In this document: positions 16,450-24,331 of the stretch, one piece after another
Layout of the letters: the number at the start of each line of letters is the position of its first letter
Numbering within the stretch: position 1 is the first letter of the stretch
IMG/VR virus record: IMGVR_UViG_3300032218_001124
Coordinates: 1 to 25,267 of that record
DNA from: a virus
Lineage: Duplodnaviria > Caudoviricetes
Direction: 5' to 3' (one strand)
DNA length: 25,267 nucleotides
Made by a program: the position numbers and the translations under genes
The notes under the pieces: model-generated
Database searches by the model: none
What the model was told of the DNA's origin: nothing
What the model saw: the letters and a program-made list of their open reading frames with translations, nothing else

Positions 16450-17715
16450 TTATGCGTTGCCGATTGTTACAATCGGATAAGGTTGAGCATTTGCAGTATT
16501 CGCATCGGCTGCGGCAGCAGAATTGAATGTTGCATAAGCAGGACTTGCGTTCTGTAGAACGATGTTACCTGTAGCTATAGGACCCGAAGTCGAAGTGAAC
16601 AACTCAGCAGTATGATCGCTCAACGATTGAACCTTAACAGTAGATGAATTTGCATAAGTTGCAGTGATAGTCATCGTGTTTTGTGTCAATGCAGTATTAG
16701 CAAGGTTAGCGGTATAAACTGCACCGACGATGGCAGTTGTAGTACCCTTAACCAGATACTTTTGCTTACCTTTCTGACGAACAATATACCCTGCTTCTGG
16801 TAAAGCAGTTTCGAATGGATCCCCATAACCATCTGCTCCGCTAGCATTGTTTGCTGATACTGCGCTCAATACGACACGGTTTTGAACAGCATTAGCAGTA
16901 ACGCTAGAATTTGCACTCAATGTCTTTACTGCACCACCTGGTGTAGTTGAAACAGTGAAAGCTGCTGCGTTAGCAATAGTCTTTACGAAATATGTTGTTC
17001 CGGCGACTAGAGTACCGAATGAAGTATCGACAGTTACTGGGGCGCCGGCTGTTAATGTCTGTGCATTTCCTGATGTACCGATAACGCCGTTTGCAGCACA
17101 ATTTGCAATAGCAACAGTTAAGTTACCCTTAGTTGAAGTAGTTGTACCTAATAGATGTGATGAAGTGCCGCCCCATAGAGCATATACGTGAGTACCAGTT
17201 GCGATGTTTGCAAAGTCAGTGCCTAGACCGACTACGATATTGCTTGATGTTGAAGCAAATACAGTACCTGTGCCAGAAACACCAAATGCTACATTACATA
17301 GTACTTGTGAACCATACTGTGCAGTATTACCACCTACTACTGAGTAAGTGTTTGAGTTATTTGCTGGCCACTGAGGACCATTTGGATTATTGAAATACAT
17401 ATCGACTGGAGCAACAGTAGTAGAAACACTTCCTGATGCTGTTGATAATGACTTTGATGTAAATGTTGGATTAGCATTCAATGGTGTTGTAGATACAGTG
17501 AATGTGCTGTTATTACCTGCGTTTACCACAGAAAGAATCCAATACATTGTACCAGAAGTAAGACCACCGATGCTTGATGCAGTGACGAATGGCATTCCAG
17601 CAATAATACCAAGATTGGTAAAATTTGCTGAAGTAGTTACTATATTAGTAGTTGTGGTTGTGTTTGTGATTGTGATCACTGCTTGTGATTTAGCAATCTT
17701 AAGTGGACGTCCCAT
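16450..17715 (-). CDS. Virion structural protein, T/A/S/N/G-rich
   Basis: 421 aa, beta-rich composition, internal repeat G.L..GT.Y....FTVSTTP, AAGGAG SD, late box. Confidence 0.7.
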   Translation of the reverse strand: MGRPLKIAKSQAVITITNTTTTTNIVTTSANFTNLGIIAGMPFVTASSIGGLTSGTMYWILSVVNAGNNSTFTVSTTPLNANPTFTSKSLSTASGSVSTTVAPVDMYFNNPNGPQWPANNSNTYSVVGGNTAQYGSQVLCNVAFGVSGTGTVFASTSSNIVVGLGTDFANIATGTHVYALWGGTSSHLLGTTTSTKGNLTVAIANCAANGVIGTSGNAQTLTAGAPVTVDTSFGTLVAGTTYFVKTIANAAAFTVSTTPGGAVKTLSANSSVTANAVQNRVVLSAVSANNASGADGYGDPFETALPEAGYIVRQKGKQKYLVKGTTTAIVGAVYTANLANTALTQNTMTITATYANSSTVKVQSLSDHTAELFTSTSGPIATGNIVLQNASPAYATFNSAAAADANTANAQPYPIVTIGNA

Positions 17716-17728
17716 TTGTTTCTCCTTA

Positions 17729-17790
17729 TAGAATCAGCGGGTTCTAGCCGCTACGCAGTGGGTAACTGCGTAAGTTCTCCCCATGAGAAC
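17729..17790 (-). ncRNA. Candidate structured 5' leader RNA (three adjacent hairpins)
   Basis: GTTCTC/GAGAAC, TACGCAGT/ACTGCGTA, AGCGG/CCGCT between late box and SD. Confidence 0.6.
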
Positions 17791-17798
17791 GTGTAATG

Positions 17799-17804
17799 TA
17801 TTTA
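17799..17804 (-). promoter_or_regulatory. Late box TAAATA
   Basis: GATAAATA upstream of the structured leader. Confidence 0.75.
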
Positions 17805-17824
17805 TCTTTATTGCATAAAAATGG

Positions 17825-20800
17825 TTAGATGTAGGTTGCGCCTATAGTATACCACTGAGTGCTTGATGTCGCATAATATTGTATACTTGCGTTATTCGCA
17901 TGAGAATATGGGTCGTTTGTTGATAGATTATTGATAGAAGCATTTATTCCAGGGTATATATTAACTGTATTTGCACTTGTATTATTAACAATAAGTACCA
18001 TACCTGCTACAGCAACCGGTAAAATGACACTGTTTGCACCATTGCTCACTGTTGAAATAACATTTATTTCTTTTGTCAACTGAGTAGCTACACCTTGATT
18101 TGTCCCATTAGCAGATATATTTGTACCTATAGAACGTATATGATATCCAGATACCGTTACATTGCTAGCAGTGACATTTCCTGTAAATGTACCTGATGCT
18201 GCACTCATATTACCTGTTATGTTAGCATTGCTACTCACATTAAGATTATTTAAATTTGTGTTATTGTTTACAGTAAGACTGTTAACGATTAAAGCTTGTG
18301 ATAGATTTAAGTTACCAGCTATATTTGCATTTCCGGTAATAACTACTGTTGAACCAAATGTAGAAAGATTAGCTATAGATAGATTATTTCCTGATATATT
18401 ACCATTAGTAGAAAGATTTCCACCTATGATATTTCCGGTGACAGTTAAATCTCTTCCTACGGTGGCATTATTTGATACTGTTAGGTTAGACGTAGATATA
18501 TTATCGGGTATAATAACATTACCACTAGTAGTAACTGTATTAGCAGTTATGTTGTTTGCTGTTAAGTTTCCTGCTAATATAAGTCCATCAGATGTTATCA
18601 CGACGACATTGGATGTGCCATTCACCGATACTGTTGCATTACCATTAGTTGAGGGAATAGTTACATTGCTTGTGCCACTACGAATCGTAGCAAGAGTCTG
18701 TACTGGCAGATTGGTTATCTGAGAACCATCTCCTAATAGATATGTACCAGTAACATTTCCAGTAGCAGCAATATTTCCAGTAGCAGCAATATTTCCAGAT
18801 GTACTGATGTTTCCGTCTACGCTGGCATCTTGTGATATTGAGATATTTGAACCAGTTATATTTCCTAGAGCATATATATTACCAGTAACGTTAGTATTAC
18901 CGCCTATAGTAATCGAACTAGTTAGATTGATATTACCAGCAACGTTAGCATTACCACCGATAACAGCATCGTTAGTTAAGGATAATCCTCCACCTGATGT
19001 TATATTACCAGATAGAATTAAGTCGGCGCCAGTGATATTTGCTGCACTTAGGTTACCACTTATATTAGTATAACCAGTTATATTAGCACCGGTTGATGTG
19101 ATTAATAATATGCTATTGCTTCTAGCAGTTATAGTTATATTTCCATTAGCAGTAATAGCTATATTACTATTACCGTTTTGTAAAAGACCGCTATTAATTG
19201 TTGTTATGTTTCCAGTAGTCAATATACCAGTAGTTGTAGTTATGTTACCAGAAGTAATATTGCCAGTTACTGATAATATACCACTAGTTGATATGTTACC
19301 TGCATTCACATTGCCGGTTATATTTGCATTATTGGTTACTATAACATTATTACCCACTGTAACGTTAGCTAGAGTGGTAACTGTGTTAGATGAGAAATCA
19401 CCATTAGCAGTATTAAACGAAAAAGATGAATTGGTATATGTTATATAATTTCCATTAGCTGCCGTAGAAACTAATTCAGGATAATATACTCCAGTTGTAG
19501 CTACAGTAACATTATCGTATAAACTTACATTAGATTTTGCTACAAAAAGATTAGGTACTAGCGTAGTTGAACGTATTACTAATGGTGCAGTACCTGGCGC
19601 TATAGTACTGATCAATTGACCAGTCACGTTAGCATTTCCAGCTGTTATATTAGCAGTGAAAACACCACTTGTTGAACCTATGTTACCTACGTTTGCGTTG
19701 CCTACGACATTCAATATCTGTGTTGATAGATTTCCTGTGCTAGCATCTATTGTTATATTAGCAGGAACACCTATCTGATAGTTGGCGCTAGTATTAGCAC
19801 TTACCATCAATGGATAATATGTACCCGTAGTCTTAGCAACTACATTGCTATAATCACTTACGTTAGCATAGCTCACATTGAGATTAGGAACTCTAGTAGT
19901 ACTGGTGACTTGAATAGGGCTAGTACCAGTACTTACGTTAGATATTAGTCTTGCTGCTACAACTGTGCTAGATGCATTTAAGTTTCCTACATTAGCATTT
20001 CCGTTTAACGTCACTATGCTGCTAGCATAATCAAAAACAAAATCAGAGCTTCCCTCGAATTGTCCGCTAGATCCACAATATTGGATCATAGTATTGCTAC
20101 CGCCTGCATTTCCTACAAAACTAGTAGCACCTGATGTAGCAACTGCTTGTCCACCTACTTCATATATATTGATACCAGTCAACGTAGCTGTTTGTAATAC
20201 TACCACATTACTCACGTTACTATCAGGACTAGTTCCTAATAGTAAATGCGTACTGTCAGGTGGCGAACCTAGAACATAATATACACCGTTAGCTGATAAC
20301 CCAGTTCCAGTCAACTGGCTTAGATTTCCTGAAAATGCTATTTGAGTATTTGCTGTGAAACTCGTAGTACTACTTACAGTTAGCTTGTTAGTTGATACTG
20401 TTGTTGCAGTAACGCTTGTTCTTGGATAAGTTGTGTATCCACTAGTGTCTACTGATCCGGTTAGATTTGCATTACTATATATACTGAAACTATTACTAGA
20501 TAATACATTAGCATAATATGCATTACCATTAAGCTGTGTCATTCCCGGACAGCCGGTGATTGTTACTTGCGCACCTTTGCTTAGGTAGTGATTGGTTGCT
20601 GTATAGATTATACCGGGATTAGCTTTTGTTGCATATTCTATGTTTGCTACTATAGCTGATTTAGGGGTCCAGTTTAGATTACCTGCACCGTCAGTAGCTA
20701 ATACCCAACCGGTAGAACCACCGTCTATCTTAAGATTACCTATATCCCCTAATGTTAATAACCCGCCTGCTCCTCTACCTGAGTTAACCCAGTTACTTCC

Positions 20801-21052
20801 ATCATAGGATAATATCTGTCCTTGCGCTAAGCTAGTTGCAGTTATTTGAAGATTACCAACAGCACCATCTAGTTGACTAAAACTAATATTAGAGTAAGAA
20901 GTTAATACTTCTACATTTTCATTTGGACTGGTTTTTCCAATGAACAACCTTTTTTGATCGCTTGCCCACCCGAACTCTGCGTCATCTAGTTGAGGGAGGT
21001 CTACTAGATTTCCTGAACGATGTTGTATTTTGGAAATTTGAACTATTGCCAT
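17825..21052 (-). CDS. Tail fibre / long virion appendage protein
   Basis: N-terminal IQHRSG...LPQL..AEFGWASD..RLFIG (Mtd-N-like anchor), then many ~6-residue GNI/ANI/GNL repeats. Confidence 0.75.
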   Translation of the reverse strand: MAIVQISKIQHRSGNLVDLPQLDDAEFGWASDQKRLFIGKTSPNENVEVLTSYSNISFSQLDGAVGNLQITATSLAQGQILSYDGSNWVNSGRGAGGLLTLGDIGNLKIDGGSTGWVLATDGAGNLNWTPKSAIVANIEYATKANPGIIYTATNHYLSKGAQVTITGCPGMTQLNGNAYYANVLSSNSFSIYSNANLTGSVDTSGYTTYPRTSVTATTVSTNKLTVSSTTSFTANTQIAFSGNLSQLTGTGLSANGVYYVLGSPPDSTHLLLGTSPDSNVSNVVVLQTATLTGINIYEVGGQAVATSGATSFVGNAGGSNTMIQYCGSSGQFEGSSDFVFDYASSIVTLNGNANVGNLNASSTVVAARLISNVSTGTSPIQVTSTTRVPNLNVSYANVSDYSNVVAKTTGTYYPLMVSANTSANYQIGVPANITIDASTGNLSTQILNVVGNANVGNIGSTSGVFTANITAGNANVTGQLISTIAPGTAPLVIRSTTLVPNLFVAKSNVSLYDNVTVATTGVYYPELVSTAANGNYITYTNSSFSFNTANGDFSSNTVTTLANVTVGNNVIVTNNANITGNVNAGNISTSGILSVTGNITSGNITTTTGILTTGNITTINSGLLQNGNSNIAITANGNITITARSNSILLITSTGANITGYTNISGNLSAANITGADLILSGNITSGGGLSLTNDAVIGGNANVAGNINLTSSITIGGNTNVTGNIYALGNITGSNISISQDASVDGNISTSGNIAATGNIAATGNVTGTYLLGDGSQITNLPVQTLATIRSGTSNVTIPSTNGNATVSVNGTSNVVVITSDGLILAGNLTANNITANTVTTSGNVIIPDNISTSNLTVSNNATVGRDLTVTGNIIGGNLSTNGNISGNNLSIANLSTFGSTVVITGNANIAGNLNLSQALIVNSLTVNNNTNLNNLNVSSNANITGNMSAASGTFTGNVTASNVTVSGYHIRSIGTNISANGTNQGVATQLTKEINVISTVSNGANSVILPVAVAGMVLIVNNTSANTVNIYPGINASINNLSTNDPYSHANNASIQYYATSSTQWYTIGATYI
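18755..18798. repeat. Exact 18-bp tandem repeat (about 2.4 copies), in frame (GNIAAT)
   Basis: ATTTCCAGTAGCAGCAAT x2 + ATTTCCAG. Confidence 0.9.
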
Positions 21053-21092
21053 AAGTGTAATCTTTACCTAGTTAGTTGATTACACTTATTTA
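21051..21092 (-). promoter_or_regulatory. 12-bp hairpin covering the fibre start region, overlapping late box TAAATA (21087-21092)
   Basis: ATAAGTGTAATC-N15-GATTACACTTAT(G), perfect inverted repeat. Confidence 0.75.
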
Positions 21093-21100
21093 TGCTTTTA

Positions 21101-21787
21101 TTAAAGGAACTTTGTGTAGTATTCCTCTACTCTAGCCCACCAACGATCCGAATATTGATCAAACTCATTACCTTCTATGATGAATTCTTGATACTCATTG
21201 TCAGCACTGCACATAAAAATGATACCTTTGCGTATCTTGGTACCGTATACTTCATTGTGTGCATTTGCATATGCTGCTAACTGCATGAAATAATCATCGA
21301 TCCATTCACGTTTCTTAGGCTTGTTTGTTTGTTTATAATCCATGATACATTCTACGTTATCATGTATTCCTGATAGGTCTGTAGTTCCTGCATATATCTC
21401 AGGAAAGTATAGACTTACTTCGGTACCCCAGAATTCTTGACATTTACTTAACCCATTAGCAATAATAGTCTTAGCCATCATATGACTCTGCTTGCCATAA
21501 GGATTGCTTCCAGGTTCTCCTATGACATCGGTCTTTATATGATTCTCAAGCCACTTATGCATACGTGTACCACGACCTGCTGCTTCGGTAGTTATAGCTT
21601 GTGCCTGCTTCTCACCCACACGTCTGCGCCAATCGTGTAATGCTTTTTTTGATTCCGCAGTCTTAGTGGCATCTAATATCGTAGTCACGCTAGGTAATTT
21701 ATTACCATCAGGTGCTACGTATTTGCGACCTTCAGTCGTTGTTTCTCTTTTAAGTTCTTTGTAAGGGAATTTGTTTGTTATAGCCAT
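21101..21787 (-). CDS. PD-(D/E)XK exonuclease (RecB/MGME1-like)
   Basis: PSVTTIL, RGT.MH, E..L, YAGTTD, IMDYK, QLAAY motifs. Confidence 0.9.
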   Translation of the reverse strand: MAITNKFPYKELKRETTTEGRKYVAPDGNKLPSVTTILDATKTAESKKALHDWRRRVGEKQAQAITTEAAGRGTRMHKWLENHIKTDVIGEPGSNPYGKQSHMMAKTIIANGLSKCQEFWGTEVSLYFPEIYAGTTDLSGIHDNVECIMDYKQTNKPKKREWIDDYFMQLAAYANAHNEVYGTKIRKGIIFMCSADNEYQEFIIEGNEFDQYSDRWWARVEEYYTKFL

Positions 21788-21792
21788 ATACT

Positions 21793-21820
21793 ATAATATC
21801 AAAATGCTGATAAAAAGCAA
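21793..21820 (-). promoter_or_regulatory. Probable sigma70-type promoter for the exonuclease
   Basis: TTGCTT-16 nt-TATTAT with extended -10 TG, 5 nt before ATG, no SD. Confidence 0.55.
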
Positions 21821-21829
21821 GTATAATGG

Positions 21830-22162
21830 TTATTTTTTGAGAGCACGTTTTGCCATGTTAGCAACTACTTTTTTGTTATCAGTGCTATCTGGTTTCTCTG
21901 TTTTTTTCTCTTCCTGACCCTTGAAGATGACATTCTTGCCTTGGATATTTTTAATCACAGCCTTCAATGGTTTTACTTGGATCATCTGATATAGATCGTT
22001 CTTATCAAGTATGACATCGTACTTCTGGAAATAAGCTAAAAGCTTATCTACGGTAAAATCGTCTCCGATTTTACCTTCTTCTCGTGCTTGCTGTAGTTGA
22101 TTTGTTAGCGCAACGATCTTAGATACGAGTGCGCGGTCCGTGTCGAACTCGTATAATCTCAT
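21830..22162 (-). CDS. Hypothetical protein (MRLYEF...)
   Basis: 110-aa ORF 4 nt downstream of 22167..22850. Confidence 0.75.
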   Translation of the reverse strand: MRLYEFDTDRALVSKIVALTNQLQQAREEGKIGDDFTVDKLLAYFQKYDVILDKNDLYQMIQVKPLKAVIKNIQGKNVIFKGQEEKKTEKPDSTDNKKVVANMAKRALKK

Positions 22163-22166
22163 GCTG

Positions 22167-22850
22167 TTATCTCTTTTCGCGGCCTACGTTTCCGCCCAAT
22201 GCTTCTTCATCTGGTGGAGGAGGAAGTTCTTCTTCTGGCTCTTCGGCTGGCATCTCAGTAGAAGACAATTCAGCGGACATATCAGCGCCTTGCTCCATGT
22301 CAGGAGCTGCGAAAGCGTCAGCACCACCTTGACCAGTGAGTGAACCAACTGCACCCTTTAAGGCTGACTGTGCCTCTTGTAATGCAGAATTCAATGCCTG
22401 TAATGCACCACCTGCAGCTTCACTGAAGGATGTGCTTTCATTTACACCGATCTCGCTCTCTATACTGTCTACAAGAGCAGGAAGCTCTTTAACCATCATA
22501 TCATTTACTTCTTCATACCACTTCTGCACACTGTCAACCATATCTTGAGCAGCAAGAATAACTTGGCTCTTCTCGACTTCTTCATTCTCTACAACGATCT
22601 TTGGCTCAGGAGCATAACGTAGATGATCTGTCAATGCTTGTTCCAAGAATAACATCTTCAAATATGTAGGATTGCTTTCGCTATTATGAAAGTCTTTGTG
22701 CAGTCGTGTTTCTTTCACGAGGGTAGAGACCTTTCTGAGCATAGAAATAGTCTGGCTTCTATTAAGACCTTTAGTCTCAAAATCTAAAGAAAAATTTTCT
22801 TTCAAAGCCTTTATAGCTGTATGTCTAGGGTCAAGATCGTTAAGTTTCAT
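22167..22850 (-). CDS. Helical protein with acidic/Pro-rich tail; possible prohead core or scaffold
   Basis: 227 aa, late box, AGGA SD, EEPEEELPPPPDEE tail; function is inference. Confidence 0.55.
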   Translation of the reverse strand: MKLNDLDPRHTAIKALKENFSLDFETKGLNRSQTISMLRKVSTLVKETRLHKDFHNSESNPTYLKMLFLEQALTDHLRYAPEPKIVVENEEVEKSQVILAAQDMVDSVQKWYEEVNDMMVKELPALVDSIESEIGVNESTSFSEAAGGALQALNSALQEAQSALKGAVGSLTGQGGADAFAAPDMEQGADMSAELSSTEMPAEEPEEELPPPPDEEALGGNVGREKR

Positions 22851-22874
22851 AATTAGATTTCCTATATTGTATTG

Positions 22875-22880
22875 TATTTA
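22875..22880 (-). promoter_or_regulatory. Late box TAAATA
   Basis: GATAAATA 24 nt upstream of ATG 22850. Confidence 0.7.
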
Positions 22881-22889
22881 TCTTAAACT

Positions 22890-23369
22890 TCAAAATTTGG
22901 AAGCTTGTTTTTGGTTGAATTTTCTATTCTGTATATACCTACTGGATACAACATAACCCTGTATCTCACTTAGTATAATTTTTTTCCTTATATTATCTTC
23001 TTGTATCTTTATCTCGTGGATAAGTTTATCGTCTCTATAACTTTTATTTCTCAGCATATTTCTATGTACTTTTAAATCGAATTTTATACTACTGAGACTT
23101 ATATCCAACTGTGCTATTCTTTCTGCTTCTCTATGTTTTCGTTCATGATGTAATACTGTATAAGCTACCGCAGTCTTTAGGTCTTCAAAGTCTGCATTAG
23201 CATTATTTCCGCGCACACTGAAATACCCATTATCAGATTTAGCAATGGTATATTTACCAAAAAGATATGTTGATTGATCGTGCTGGACGATCATTAGGTC
23301 TTTTATATCAGACCTCAATTCTTGTTCAAGAAATCTATCAAGCTTTTTACTTATATGTTGCTGTTTCAT
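22890..23369 (-). CDS. Hypothetical protein
   Basis: 159-aa ORF, ATGA overlap with the upstream gene, GAGGT SD. Confidence 0.75.
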   Translation of the reverse strand: MKQQHISKKLDRFLEQELRSDIKDLMIVQHDQSTYLFGKYTIAKSDNGYFSVRGNNANADFEDLKTAVAYTVLHHERKHREAERIAQLDISLSSIKFDLKVHRNMLRNKSYRDDKLIHEIKIQEDNIRKKIILSEIQGYVVSSRYIQNRKFNQKQASKF

Positions 23370-23809
23370 GCTACCTCGAAGTAAATGTTTTTAAGCTCAT
23401 GTGAAATATCTAGAAAATTAGACGTATGCACCGTTTGTTCTGGGCAGATGATCATAGGCACATTCTCACAATCCTTATATAATGCTCCAAACTCAACTAT
23501 ACCGTTCTCAAAAACTCTAGCGTGTTGTACTTCAAATTCAAAAATCCAACAATAGTTTTCAGTTTCATCCATCTTATAAAGAAAACCAAATTTGTTAAAA
23601 ATTTCTTCGTTCATCAATATCTTATAGGGATATTTAATTATTTCTGGTTGCGACCTCATGGATATAACCTGCAATAATGTATCAAAATTGCATTGTGTGT
23701 TACGTCTATTTAACCAATCAGAAGCGTCTTCTTGGTTTGGTTTAGATCGATTCAATACACCAGTCTGTGTGATATCGAACAACGTGTGACAAATTATTCT
23801 ATAAGACAT
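23366..23809 (-). CDS. Hypothetical protein
   Basis: 147-aa ORF with TAAATA-N5-ATG start. Confidence 0.75.
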   Translation of the reverse strand: MSYRIICHTLFDITQTGVLNRSKPNQEDASDWLNRRNTQCNFDTLLQVISMRSQPEIIKYPYKILMNEEIFNKFGFLYKMDETENYCWIFEFEVQHARVFENGIVEFGALYKDCENVPMIICPEQTVHTSNFLDISHELKNIYFEVA

Positions 23810-23814
23810 AGATG

Positions 23815-23820
23815 TATTTA
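23815..23820 (-). promoter_or_regulatory. Late box TAAATA, 5 nt from ATG 23809
   Basis: TAAATA-CATCT-ATG. Confidence 0.75.
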
Positions 23821-23824
23821 AACC

Positions 23825-23856
23825 AATAAAAAACCCGGGGAATAAATCCCCGGGTT
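23825..23856 (-). terminator. Intrinsic terminator after 23877..24251
   Basis: AACCCGGGGA-TTTAT-TCCCCGGG-TTTTTTATT. Confidence 0.85.
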
Positions 23857-23876
23857 AATATTAGATATACTAACTA

Positions 23877-24251
23877 TTAAGCGCCAGCGATGAATGTTGC
23901 TGTTGCAGTAGTAGTTGTACCTGTAACACCTGCTGCTGTTAGAGCAGTATCGATTGCACTTGTACCCCATGCGCCGTATGGATATACAGCTACAGCTAGT
24001 GTGTCGTTCGATGTATCAGTGTACTGATACATGTAAACAGTTGCTAACTGCTGAAGTGTGTCGATGATTGTCTTAGCCTGTGCGCCTGTGAAAGCACCAG
24101 TTGCAGTAACTGTGAAGAAGTCTAGCTTTGGACCTGCTAGATTAACTACTACTGCTGAAGTAAGAGCATTTAAAGCGCCAGTTGTGTAAGCTGCGCTGTC
24201 TACGTGAAATACTGGCTGAAGATCACTATGTGTTTTTGTAAACTGAGTCAT
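23877..24251 (-). CDS. Small Thr/Ala-rich virion protein, monocistronic
   Basis: 124 aa, own late box, AAGGA SD, double TAA stop, terminator. Confidence 0.7.
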   Translation of the reverse strand: MTQFTKTHSDLQPVFHVDSAAYTTGALNALTSAVVVNLAGPKLDFFTVTATGAFTGAQAKTIIDTLQQLATVYMYQYTDTSNDTLAVAVYPYGAWGTSAIDTALTAAGVTGTTTTATATFIAGA

Positions 24252-24293
24252 TTTATGTTCCTTTTATGAATTAGAGCTTGAAGCTCATACATT

Positions 24294-24299
24294 TATTTA
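24294..24299 (-). promoter_or_regulatory. Late box TAAATA
   Basis: ATAAATA-AATGT-ATGAGCTTCAAGCTC... Confidence 0.75.
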
Positions 24300-24331
24300 T
24301 GCCAGGTAACAAAAAACGCGGTTTTGGGTGT

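Noticed and set aside
17729-17790. tRNA in the GC-rich intergenic stretch
   Set aside because: No acceptor stem, T-loop TTCG/A motif or CCA end
20930-21052. Mtd-like N-terminus as a sign of a diversity-generating retroelement
   Set aside because: No reverse transcriptase and no template/variable repeat pair seen in the window; this anchor motif occurs in many fibres
21101-21787. Cas4 or CRISPR system
   Set aside because: Lacks the Cas4 Fe-S cysteine pattern, and no repeat-spacer array was seen
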